A stretch of DNA of 64,000 nt from Octopus sinensis. Taxonomy: Eukaryota. The notes under the pieces were generated by a model. The model searched no databases, was not told where the DNA came from, and saw only the letters and a list, made by a program, of their open reading frames with translations. The DNA lies in the NCBI RefSeq assembly GCF_006345805.1, contig NC_043012.1, positions 1,550,001-1,614,000 on the forward strand, written 5' to 3'. Position 1 is the stretch's first letter; the number at the start of each line of letters is the position of its first letter. The translations under genes and the position numbers were made by a program. This document shows positions 24,121 through 36,394 of this stretch, in pieces.

Positions 24121-24948
24121 CGTGGTCAGATCAATAAGCATCCGGACTGTTGCCATGGTAACGAAGCTAAAGCGCGCGACGTGAAGCTACTTGGCACAGA
24201 TTGACCTTCGATTCTGCGCTGCATGTGCACTAAGTTTTAACGTTCAAACTTAAATCCGCTGTTTAAAGCAGTGCTTGGAAGGAAGGTATGTAGCGTGTGA
24301 TCGTCGCGTTGACCATGACAGATAAAATGGAGCAGAGAATCTGCATCAAATTTTCACATAGTTTTTCAACCTTATCGACACAATCAAGGAAATCTTTTGC
24401 AACTGAAACCCGAGCGACTTTTTGGTCTGCTGAAAGCAGTTTTGGCACAAACTTAGCAGACACCCGTCTCATGCTTAAATCTTGTCTGTGACTAATCAGC
24501 ACGTCCTCTGATAACTCACGGCTGGGGATTCGACGATTTCCTCTCACAGCTGCACGCATATCTGCGATGTTTTTCTCAGTTCTTCTGGTTGCGGGTCTAC
24601 CAGAATGTTTATCACGATGGTCAACTTTCGGCCATCTTGGAAATGTCTGAACTACTCGTACGTTTATGTACGACTCGTACACTCCCCTTCATACACTTTC
24701 TGCATTTTGTGTTGGCTTCTGAGGAGGTATTGCCATGCAAACTTTCTCTGTCATGGTCAATGCGACGATTAAACGCTACATACCTTCCTTCCTAGAACAG
24801 CTGTAAATAACGGAAGTGAACTAGAACGTTAAACCTTAGTGTGCATGCACAGCAGAGATCAAGGTCAATCTTTGCCAAGCGGCTTCACTCTGCGTGCTTT
24901 AGCTCCGTTACTGTTGCAACAGTCCGGATACTTAATGATCAAACCTAG
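24121..24948. mobile_element. Mariner-derived element built from two inverted 5' ends
   Basis: About 230-bp inverted repeats including the start MTDKMEQRICIKF. The minus strand continues into SGRP...RELSE...RRVSAKFVPKLL. TA flanks. Confidence 0.85.
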
Positions 24949-25072
24949 TATAATATATACACATATATACATACATACATCTATGTTTATGCGTGTGTAA
25001 GCATCTACGTCTCTCTCTCTCTCTCCCTATATATATATCTATATACATATATATATTTGCGTGCGTGTGTAC

Positions 25073-25127
<55 letters not shown>

Positions 25128-26250
25128 ATAGATAAATAGAGAGAGAGAGAGAGAGGGGAAGAGAGAGAGAAATAAAGAAAGAGAGAATAAAAACCAAAGA
25201 AGCAGATATTGATATTTTGAATGTGTTTGGTTTTTGTCCTTATTCTACAAATGGTCTTGAAAAGCTCCTAGTTTTGAAGGTGTCGCGAAAGGCTTAATTG
25301 GAGGTACTACTTTCCGAGTTCTTTTACAGGGCTTAGAAAAACTGAAGAACTACTGCAATATATGAGTGGATCTGAACGGGGAACACGTTGAATAAAATCA
25401 TAATTTACTGGTCCTCTTGTATTTTCTTTTGCCCAAAGCCAGCAACTGTTCAGTACCCCCTCGTAGTTTTACGTGATTCTCATCCATAACATACTAGTCT
25501 GTCCATGCTTCCATAACACGCTCAAATTCCGCGAGGACATAGGTGTGGAATGGTTTGCCTGGCAGAAGTCGAAAAAGTTCTTTGTATTTCATCAAAGCAT
25601 ACCCCTCAATACATGATGGCTATTCACTCATAGCAAAAGAGGACCATCACTAATCATTACACTGCTTTTAGTTGAGGTTATTGTACCCGCGGTCGGTTTC
25701 ACCCAAGTTTGCACTCGTGGCTTCCTTGCTCGCCGCGGCACCCTTCTACTAGACTGGGCATCGGAGAGTCGCCTCTCCAGCGATTGCGTAACCTAAAGTT
25801 TTAGGTCCAATAAGACTTGCCCGAAACTCACAGTCCCTCTCAATCCTAATTATATGATGTAGAGACGAGCCAGAGCAAGGTATCCAGTACCAATATGGCT
25901 CGCAGGCTCAGAAATGTGGGTGCACAATAATTTCAAGCGCAAGTAAAAGTTCCCCGAAATGTTCAATGTCATTCCCTGTATATCAGCTTTTATGTCAGAG
26001 TGACTGATATCAGTGTGAGGCCAAAGAAGGGTCGCTTCAGACGGCGCAACACGATGGCCTCTACTTTGAATGCTAGGCAGCTTTTGTTGTAACTTGGCAA
26101 ATTAAGTAAATAAGTGACCAAAATATCGCAAAAATTTTCACTCAATATAATATATATCTCGTGAGACTGTTGTAACCAGATCCGTCTAACAAATTTTTCC
26201 TCCCGTTTATTTTTGGTTAAACGACCTGTGTACTGAGAGTGCATATGTAC

Positions 26251-26858
26251 TCTGTGTCTGAATACAAGAAGCGATGTCTCATCAATGAAGCAGCTTTGTA
26301 GTTGTTTCGGCCTCTTCCATTGCGACAGCAGAGATGTTCGGGGCCACCCACCTATGTAAGAGAGAAAACTTCCACATAACAGCATGCGCTTTGTTGAGTT
26401 AAATGTTGTGATTCTCGACCATATGTTCCTATCATCGACACTACTCGTTCTTACGACGCCAGTTATCACGTCTCTTCAGCCAGATATAATTGCTTGCTTT
26501 CCCAGCGACTTCCGGTAATTTTCTAGCAACCGCTTTCGTCTACGGCACGACCTGCGTTGACAAAGGACCTACTGCCAGAATAAACAGCATCACAGACAAG
26601 CTATAACACTGGGATGGTCTCGCCGATAACTTGATTCTGTTTTAAATTAACATAAATTTAAATAACAATTCGTGCTGGTTTATTTTCGTCCTTGTCACTT
26701 ACCGGTTTGGAAAAAAAAAAAGAGATTTATAGATTAGGTACCAACCTTAAAAAATTAGTGCTGGGGTCGATTCGTTCGACTAAACACTTCAAGGCGGTGC
26801 CTCAGTATGACCGCAGTCAAATGAGTGAAACAAGTAAAAGATAGAATCTACTGAATAT

Positions 26859-26889
<31 letters not shown>

Positions 26890-27137
26890 TCTTTTATTCT
26901 TTTCTTTTCTTTGTTTCAGTCATTTGACTGCGGCTGCGGCCATACTGGAGCACGGCCTTTAGTCGAACAACTCAACCTCAGGACTTATTCTTTGTAAGCC
27001 TAGTACATATTCTATCGGTCTCTTTTGTCGAACCGCTATGTTGCGAGGACGTAAAAATACCAACATCAGTTGTCAAGCGATGGAGTGGGGACAAACACAG
27101 ACAGACAAACATATACATACATACACACATACCTACA

Positions 27138-27173
<36 letters not shown>

Positions 27174-27584
27174 TATATACATATATATATATGTAGAATT
27201 TTCAGTTCGATCACACGTGTCTCGTGGTATGCTGTTGAATTTCTATTTTGGATATATTTGGGGTACTTAAGTGTACACATGACTTAGTGTTTACTTCTTC
27301 CATAATCTGTGTCTGACTACAAGAAGCGATGTCTCATCAATGAAGCAGCTTTGTAGTTGTTTCGGCCTCTTCCATTGCGACAGCAGAGATGTTCGGGGCC
27401 ACCCACCTATGTAAGAGAGAAAACTTCCACACAACAGCATGCGCTTTGTTGAGTTAAATGTTGTGATTCTCGACCAGATGTTCCTATCATCGACACTACT
27501 CGTTCTTACTACGCCAGTTATCACGTCTCTTCAGCCAGATATAATTGCTTGCTTTCCCAGCGACTTCCGGTAATTTTCTAGCAA
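26251..27584 (+). repeat. Local direct duplication of 279 bp (26251-26529 = 27306-27584)
   Basis: About 4 substitutions by eye. Confidence 0.9.
26745..27110. mobile_element. Two opposed SINE family B 3' fragments
   Basis: GGGGTCGAT...GCAGTCAAATGA (+) and the reverse copy at 26890-27110. Confidence 0.8.
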
Positions 27585-27910
27585 GTAAGTATCTCATTTA
27601 TTTCCTTATCGTTTCTATCGCTGATGACGAGAAAATTCTAAATGCATTAACTCAGAAATTGGGCCCGATCCGATAATAACGAAATTTTTTAGAAATTTCT
27701 ATCGGCTTGCTTTCGAGACACGTGCTTATAGTGATAAATTATATGGTTATTGACGAATAAGTCTATATTTCGGCATATTTGGCATTGGAATTTTTTCTTT
27801 TGCCCTTGTTTATAAGTTGTTTATGAAATTTAACCTTTAAAGGTATTTTTTTAATATGCTGGCCATTGATAAAAATTTTTTCGAAAATTTTTATCCTATA
27901 TTAGATATAA
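27585..27910 (+). mobile_element. TA-flanked hammerhead-bearing element (homolog of 14030-14350)
   Basis: ATCG CTGATGA CGAG-19nt-CTCA GAAA TTGGGCC CGAT at 27617-27670. Confidence 0.75.
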
Positions 27911-27915
27911 ATTTA

Positions 27916-27971
<56 letters not shown>

Positions 27972-28014
27972 GTGGTGTGTGTGTGTGGTGTGTGGTGTGT
28001 GTGTGTGAAAGAAC

Positions 28015-28397
28015 GTTGAAAATGCAATTTTAAAGATGTTTATTCACTTGAGCGGTTTCACTTTTTTAGAAAAGATTGTGAAAAGTAGAATGTAAAGTTT
28101 GTATAAGCTTGTTGTGGGAAGTACTGGTTTACCAAATATTACAATACATATATACATTCTTTGATAATAATAAGAAAAATGTTATAAACATTCTGTTGTA
28201 ACATGTTACAAACAGAATGTTTATAACATTTTCTTATTATTATCAAAGAATGTATATATGTATTGTAATATTTTGTAACAACCAGTACTTCCCACAACAA
28301 AGCTTATACAAACTTTACATTCTACTTTTCACAATCTTTTTCTAAAAAAGTGAAACCGCTCAAGTGAATAAACATCTTTAAAATTGCATTTTCAAAC
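28015..28397. repeat. Near-perfect 383-bp palindrome with no spacer
   Basis: Centre TGTAACA|TGTTACA at 28203/28204; termini GTTGAAAATGCA / TGCATTTTCAAAC. Confidence 0.95.
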
Positions 28398-28439
28398 TTC
28401 TTTCATATATATTTCCTCTCGTGTGGTACCTTACAACTT

Positions 28440-28560
28440 CACTTTGGTCAGTCCGAGACTATAGTAGAAGACACTTGCCCAAGGTGCCACGCAGTGGGAT
28501 TGAACCCGGAACCATGTGGTTAAGGAGCAAGCTTCTTAACACAGTCACGCATGCGCCTGT
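28440..28560 (-). mobile_element. SINE family B, 5' fragment
   Basis: GAAGACACTTGCCCAAGGTGCCACGCAGTGGGATTGAACCCGG. Confidence 0.8.
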
Positions 28561-28701
28561 ATAATATAATATTGCCAAATTTAACCCGATAATATTTATA
28601 CATATACAAACATATATGTATGTATATATGCATATATATATATTATATATATATATTATATATATATATATATAATATATATATATATATATAATATATA
28701 T

Positions 28702-28741
<40 letters not shown>

Positions 28742-28823
28742 ACATATATAATAACAGTGTAGCACAAAACGGCGGTCATCAGCATGGCCGCAGCTCTGAG
28801 CTGAAACTAGAAATAAATATATA

Positions 28824-28874
<51 letters not shown>

Positions 28875-28940
28875 AACATTCGGTAGAATTATAAACAGGG
28901 CCAATTTTAGCCAGTCCTCTGTAGATAGAATAAAAATGAA

Positions 28941-28985
28941 CAACTTAATCGATTTTCGAACCTTATTGGTTTCTCATCAGAGGTA
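28941..28985 (-). ncRNA. Minimal type I hammerhead ribozyme, core intact
   Basis: TACCT CTGATGA GAAACC AATAA GGTTC GAAA ATCGAT TA AGTTG; palindrome AATCGATT. Confidence 0.7.
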
Positions 28986-29762
28986 TCCACATCATTCTGA
29001 CAATCTCCAGATACTCTATGACGGAGTTCCTAATTTGTATACCGTAAGTATTTAACACTCTATAAATACCAACGGACTGTCAACGCGGATCTTAGTCCAT
29101 ACAGTATCGAGGTATGATATACTTTATATGTACCATATGGTATAATTATATAATTGAGCCATAATATTGTTAGTATTTTTTGATGTTTTAAAATACTTTT
29201 ATATTGGAGTGACAGTGTGTCTTCTTTTGATGCCAACTATCAAATTTATCCGGAACACCTTGTGCAATGGGTTATATAGTACAGTGGTTTATCGTCAGAC
29301 AAGCTTTATAGCCACTTACCTATTGTTTGTACAAAACGCAGATTAATAAAGGAATACAGAAAGGATAGTAAAGACAACCTGTGGTCAAGATAATATCGTT
29401 CGTATATGAATTCGTAAAAAAAAATATTTCAATTGTTAGCCCAGCCCAGCTCAAACAAAAACAACGACGTTAACAACTGCAGGAGACTCAAAAGAAATTA
29501 CCAGAAAGACAAGAAATGCGTGACAAGAGAGAAAAAGAAAACATTCAAAAGATCTTGAAAATTTAACACGCAGATAGACACGTGTGTGTGTGTGTGTGTG
29601 TGCGCGTAAGAGAGAGGAGGAGAGAGCGAGAGTGAGAGAGCGAGTGAAATATAGATAGACAGAGAGAGAGAGAAAAAGAGAATGGGACAGAAAGTTTGTG
29701 CACATGTGAGAGAGTGCGTGTGTGAATGTGTGGGGTATTATATATAATATATATATATATAG

Positions 29763-29821
<59 letters not shown>

Positions 29822-30174
29822 TAGAACAAACTTACTTAGAAAGGGATGCGTGCGTTCCGTCATATAATATATTAATAATAAAACATATGCATATATATAT
29901 AATCTATGTACGTACCTACCTCTACATGTATATATACACGCATATATGAGTACAGGACACCAACAAAAAAACGTCGAACACAATGAGAAACGAAAACATA
30001 GACACCAACCCAAGGAACTGGACATTTTTCTTGAACAACAAAAAATAGAGTATAGGACAAATAACACAAGGAAAAAAACCCCTTCTTCAGTCGCCATGGT
30101 TTCATCTACTCTACGTTTCGAAGATTCACTAAGCAACAGCAGCCATATTCCGAAAAGAATAATAAGTCAACATC

Positions 30175-30540
30175 ATCGGTAACCACTGAGCAACAGGTTT
30201 TATGTCGGAGTTATCCCAGTTACCTGAGTTACCTTCTCCTAGAAAGATGCCCTAACAAAGTCTAGGAGTCCTTCACTCGCAATGGTTTAACCGCGCGATC
30301 GGGTATTCAGTCCGATTATTTCTATGTCGCCGCGCATAATATGGCCTTATTGGATGGCCGTTGACTCTCAAGAGTTCCTCCGCCCTTTGACGGGTTTTGT
30401 TTTTCATCCCGCAGGGTGTCCAATAAACACCCTCCTCACCAAGCAAGCTTGGTGGGGTTGCCGGTTTAGTCGCCGACGACCCGACCATGCAACAGGTTGT
30501 ACTGGGTTACATGTTACAGAAGCACTCAAAAGTGACCTGA
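30175..30540 (-). mobile_element. GC-rich repeat resembling a LINE (RTE-like) 5' region
   Basis: CTAGGAGAAGG.AACTC motif and hairpins CACCAAGC-TT-GCTTGGTG and GGGTGT...ACACCC; assignment from memory. Confidence 0.35.
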
Positions 30541-30554
30541 CATACATACATATA

Positions 30555-30602
<48 letters not shown>

Positions 30603-30606
30603 TATC

Positions 30607-30638
<32 letters not shown>

Positions 30639-30730
30639 TATATAATATATATATATGTATATATATATAATATATATGTATACACACATATATATATATA
30701 TACGTATAGAGTGTTGAAGTGGCGTACAGA

Positions 30731-30934
30731 TATTGTATATTGAGTAAAAGGAGGCAGTCAGAATTTGGATGATTCTTTATTAGCGCTTTCGTTCGTTTAA
30801 CCGAACTCTTCAGGACAAATATTAAAACCATTTTGGTTTTCATTTTTGTCTTGAAGAGTTTCTTGAGACGAGCGAAAGTGGTACTAAAGAGTTATCCAAA
30901 ATTCTGACAGCCTCCTTTTTCTCAATATACAATA
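30731..30934. repeat. Diverged foldback with a hammerhead core in each arm
   Basis: Left arm, minus strand: CTGAAGA GTTCG GTTAAA CGAAC GAAA GCGC TA (30781-30813). Confidence 0.8.
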
Positions 30935-30980
30935 CTTGAGTTATCCAAAATACCAAAATACGTTATGCATGATAGTTGGA

Positions 30981-31023
<43 letters not shown>

Positions 31024-31029
31024 GCGCTT

Positions 31030-31306
31030 GGCTTAGATTTTCCTTGGGGCTGGTCAGATCGGAGCAATCTCAAGATTAATCAGCCGAAATTGCGAGGATG
31101 ATCCGGTTCTTGACTGAAGATTGAAGGCTTCGAATGTCCCGTCCGTGTTTTTGTATCATCTTCTAAATGTTTTGCGTTCTTGTCCCAGTTTGTATTTTTT
31201 ACACACACACACACAGACACACACAGACACACCACACACAGACACACAGACACACACCACAACAACACACAGACACACAGACACACAGACACACATACAC
31301 ACACAC

Positions 31307-31358
<52 letters not shown>

Positions 31359-31800
31359 ATACAAAATGGGACAAGAACGCAAAACATCCGGACAACTAGG
31401 TGATACAAAAAGGGACAACAAAACATCCAGATAGACGATACAAAAAAACAAGGACTGATCATTCGAAGCTTTTTATCCACAGTCAAGAACCGGATCATCC
31501 TCGCAATTTCGGCTGATTAATTTTGAGATCACTCCAATCTGGCCAACCCCAAGGAAAAGCTAAGCTAAGAGCATTAGATTCCTTGGAAAAAAGCATCGAA
31601 TGTATACGAAAAGAAGGACGGAAAACAGACGATGTTACACGAATATAAATACAAAAATACAATAAATATACAATAAATACAAAAATACCAAAAAAAAATA
31701 ATAACAGGACATAGCAACAGGCGTCTTTCGACTGGGGACGAATTGAATTCAGCTGGCGTGTGTGGAAATGAAGCCTTACGGTAGAGATACAAAACTTTCA
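31030..31800. repeat. Inverted pair of the AATACAAAATGGGACAAGAA-family repeat around a (CA)n tract
   Basis: 31030-31200 is the reverse complement of 31360-31570. Confidence 0.8.
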
Positions 31801-32723
31801 CGAACACATGTGTGTGTGTGACAGTGTGTGTATGTGTGTGTGACAGTGTGTGTGTGTGTGTGTGTGTGTGACAGTGTGTGACAGTGTGCGTGTGTGACAG
31901 TGTGTGTGTGTGAGTGCTTGTGTTTGTGCCTGCAACACCGCTACTAGACAACCTGTTTCGGTTTGTTTTCATACCTGTAACTTAGCGGTTCAGTGATTAG
32001 GGATTGATTGAGTAAGTATCTGACTTCAATAGAAAATGATTAATGGGATCGATTTGTTCGACCAAACCCTTTAAGGAGGTGCCCCAGCATGGCCGCTGTC
32101 CAGAAGACTGAAACAGGTAAAAGATAAAATATGTATATGTGTTTGTGTGAGTGTGTATGTGTGTGTTTGTACATGTGTCTGCGAGTATATGCGTGTATGT
32201 GTGTGCGTGCATGTGCGTGAGTGTGTGCGTGCGTGTGTATCTGTGTGTGCATGTGTATATATGCGGTGTGTGTATGTGCATTTGTGTATGTGTGTGCGTG
32301 TGTGCATGTGCGAATGCTGTATGTGTTTGCGTGCGTGTGTGTATGCATGTGTATGTGACGTGTGTATGTGCATGTGTGTGTATGTGCGTGTTCATGTGCG
32401 TGTGGATGTGTGTATGTGTATGTGTGTTTGTGTGTGTGTATGCGCGCGTGCGTGTAATAGTTCCTGTAACTTGATTTTCATAATCTGTAAGTTTGTGGGA
32501 AAGCAGAACAGCTTGGAATGTCTATGTTGGGGAATTCATGAAGTTGTGTATCTACTGAAGCCTCATTTCTTTTAGATGTCTGAGTGTGTATGAATTTTAA
32601 AACAGTTCTTTAGTGTGAAGACGGAGTAAGTAAGCTATTCATACTGTCTACGAGTGTGTGTGTATGTGTGTGTGTGTGTGTGTGCGTGCGCATGTGTTCA
32701 TAATAATCAACGTACTGTGAAAA

Positions 32724-32902
32724 TTAATCAATAGCTGTGGGAATTATTACATAATTATGTAAGATCGATTATATTGAATTATGACGAAAGAATTGTAAAT
32801 TGAAGTAGTAATATGTTTTGCTCACACTATTTTTTGTCATTCTGTTTGTCTGTCTATCTGACTATGTATGTATGTATGTATGTATGTATGTATGTATGTA
32901 TG

Positions 32903-32948
<46 letters not shown>

Positions 32949-33126
32949 CTATATATCTATCTATCTATCTAAATACATACATCCATACTATCTATCCATC
33001 CATCCATACATACATACATACAAACATCATAATACTACATCCATACATCCATACATACATACATACATACTACATACATACATACCTACATACATACATA
33101 GATATAACATATATATACATATTATC

Positions 33127-33186
<60 letters not shown>

Positions 33187-33295
33187 TATATACACACATA
33201 TATATATATATATATGTATATATATATGTATATTATATATATATATTATATATATATAATATATATTATATGTATGTATGTATGTATGTATGTAT

Positions 33296-33335
<40 letters not shown>

Positions 33336-33525
33336 AGATAGATATAGATAGATAATATAGATGGATGGATAGATAGATAGATACATAGTCGATAGACAGA
33401 GAAACAGAATGACAAAAAATAGTGTGAGCAAAACATATTACTACTTCAATTTACAATTCTTTCGTCATAATTCAATATAATCGATCTTACGTAATTATGT
33501 AATAATTCTCACAGCTATTGATTAA
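32724..33525. repeat. Large inverted duplication including microsatellite blocks
   Basis: 32724-32865 is near-identical in reverse complement to 33381-33525; (TATG)n and (TATC)n blocks are mirrored. Confidence 0.9.
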
Positions 33526-33730
33526 TATATATATATATATATATATAACAATTAAGGATAAATTCTTAATAAGGAATCTTAACAAGAAATTATCAGGTAG
33601 TTAGCGTGAAAAACCTCATAAGAGAAAAAATTCGAAAATAATTTTTTCACTTGAAAATATTTATTTATATTGTATAGAGGGCATTATTACACATAAATGC
33701 CACACACTAAGAGGGACAAAGTCATTACTA

Positions 33731-33804
<74 letters not shown>

Positions 33805-33867
33805 TATAATATTAATACATATATACATATATATTATATACACATATCTATCTATATATATAAATAC

Positions 33868-33908
<41 letters not shown>

Positions 33909-34289
33909 CTAGCTATCTATCTATCTATCTATACTATATATATAGATATTATATAGCACACACATAACACTCATGCTCACACACCAACACACACAAACTC
34001 ACACACACGCACACGCACATACTATTGAAGTGCTGTTATTTGTATTTCAACTGGTCTGCAAATTTTTGTGATTTGAAATAAGAAGTGTTCGATTTCGTTT
34101 CTCGTTCACGCCAGCTTTTCATTTGGCAACCATTGCCACAACCGTGCACCACTGCCGCCGCCTCACCACCTCTTCATCATCCTCTCTACCTTAGTGAGAT
34201 AAAAATTAATCAACCAATGGAAAGGCAAGACGGGTGGCAGAGCTGTTAGTGATGTTGGTGGATAGAAGTGTGGGTGGTGGTGGCAGAAG

Positions 34290-34525
34290 GGTGGCGAGCT
34301 GGCAGAATCGTTAGCACGCCGGGCGAAATGCTCAGCGGTATTTCATCAGCCGCTACGTTCTGAGTTCAAATTCCGCCAAGGTCGACTTTGCCTTTCATCC
34401 TTTCGGGGTCGATAAATTAAGTACCAGTTACGCACTGGGGTCGATGTAATCGACTTAATCCCTTTGTCTGTCCTTGTTTGTCCTCTCTTTGTTTAGCCCC
34501 TTGTGGGTAGTAAAGAAATAAGAAG
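34290..34525 (+). mobile_element. SINE family C
   Basis: GGTGGCGAGCTGGCAGAATCGTTAGCAC... full module. Confidence 0.9.
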
Positions 34526-34529
34526 TAAG

Positions 34530-35560
34530 GGCGGTGGTGGTGGATTTTGTGAATGTGATGGTGTGGTATTGGTGATGGTGGTGGTGTTTGTGATGGCTGT
34601 TGTTGTTGTTGTTGTGGTGGTTGTGGTTGTGGTGGTGGTGGTGGTGATGGTTGTTCTGGTGGGGGTAGTAATTACTTTTATTGACTTCGCTTCCTGCATT
34701 GATGAAGTCCAGCAATGTAACAGGTGTTACCGGACAGGTAAATATCGCAGGTAGTCCACTAGCGGCGGTGATGTTGTATGTAGCTGACAGTGATTTTTGG
34801 TGGTGGTAGTGGTGGTAGTGTCGATGATGGTGGTAGTGGTTGGTGATGCTTGTTGTGGTGGTGGTCGTGGTGTAGGTGATGGTAGTGATGGTGATAGAAA
34901 CAGTTGCGGTGGAAGTTACCGGTATTGGTGTTGGTGGTTGTTGTTGGTGGTGGTCTTTGTGGGGTTGACGGTAACCCTGAGTAAACGAATGGGGATAGTG
35001 GTAGGTGCGAGTGGTTGTCGTTACGTGGGTATGTGGGTATGTGGAGGAACAGATGTTGCGGGAGCCACGTGGAGATGGGTGGGTGTATGACAGTGCGATT
35101 TTGAGGGACGGGGGTGGGCGGCAGCGGTGGGGCATTGGCGGCGGCAGTGATGATGGTGGTGGTGGTGGTGGTGGTGGTGGTGGTGGTGATGGTAGTGCGG
35201 TGGTGGTGACGGTGATGGTGGTAGAGGTGATGATGGAAGCGGTGGTGATGATGATGATAGTAATGAGTACGTGTGTGTGAGGGAAGGAGGGAGGGTGGGA
35301 GGGAGGGAGAGAAAGAGAGGGCGAGAAAGAGAGAGAGGAAGAGAATGAGAGAATGAGAAGGAGGGTATATAAGGTGTAATTTAGCAAGCAAAGCACGGAG
35401 GTGACGGCAATCGCGGCGGCGGTGCTGCTGCTGCTGATGACAGTGATGACAACAGTGGTGATGGAGTCGGCGACGGTGATGGAGACGACGGCGGTGATGG
35501 AGACGGGGCAGTGGTGGCGGCAGTGGAGACTGTGGCAACGGTGGTTCTGACGGGTGGCAT
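34530..35560. repeat. (GGT)/(GAT)/(GCG) low-complexity tract
   Basis: Simple trinucleotide repeats; they explain ORFs 34455-35596. Confidence 0.9.
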
Positions 35561-36019
35561 AGTGAGGACGTGTCGGTGAAACAGTCCGAATGTCACACGT
35601 GGTTACACAAAGTCCTCAATTCCGATTATATTAAAAGGAATGCCTTAGTTTGTCCACGGATACTCGTTGTTTGCGAGCATTAGGGAAAACTCTTTAGGTG
35701 TGGCGGTGGTGGAGTAGGGGTCATCCATCGTTTATAGGTCCCCTTAAAATACACGAACCATCGAAGGAGCCTTTACACAATCGTTTGATAGAAATAGTAG
35801 CTAAGATCTCCCTCAAATCACATCCTTCTGACTTAAATAAAGTTATACTAGATAATGTAATCCTATATGTAAAAAAGGAAAAGAGAGAGGGAGAGAGAGA
35901 GAGACCAATCTACCCCCATCTCTAACCTCTCCTTAGACAGTATTACCTCCTCCATTCCTGAGAATAATCCCCACAATGCACTACCATATTAATTGCCGCC
36001 CTGAGACCATCTGCGTTGC

Positions 36020-36394
36020 GGAATTTATGAATGCACCGTCCTCAACACGTTACACAATTCTACGATCATATATATAGGACCAACTATAAATTTTAAACAG
36101 CGATACACTGCGCATCTAAATTCTTTTAGATATGAAAAACACACTAAATTCACAACACTCGCTAGTCATACACATCATCTCAAAAATAGAAGCATTCCAT
36201 ACATTTTGTCATGGTCCATATCAGATTCAAGGCTTCCACAGCAAGGTCAACGCTCAGCCTGTAAGTCATGCCTAAAAGAAGCATTCCACATTTTAAAACA
36301 CAACTCTTCAATACTACTAAATAGGTATAATGAGGTTCTAGGTACCGCCTTTTTTCATACTTCAAATTTTATCACAAATCTAAATGCAACCTAA
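36020..36394 (+). mobile_element. Penelope-like GIY-YIG endonuclease remnant (open frame)
   Basis: GIYECTVLNTLHNSTIIYIGPTINFKQRYTAHLNSF...TTLASH...ILSWSI...CKSCLKEAFHILK...LLNRYNE. Confidence 0.85.

Noticed and set aside
25441-25607. RGGTEQL resembling flavin amine oxidase motifs
   Set aside because: In-frame stop, no FAD-binding GxGxxG motif and no convincing splice sites; too weak to name.
26447-26485. CTGAAGA GACG...CGTC GTAA on the minus strand (also in the duplicate)
   Set aside because: GAAA is absent and no stem I can be formed; may be chance.
30085-30130. GAAACGTA and CTGAAGA on the minus strand
   Set aside because: Wrong order for type I and no consistent stems for type II.
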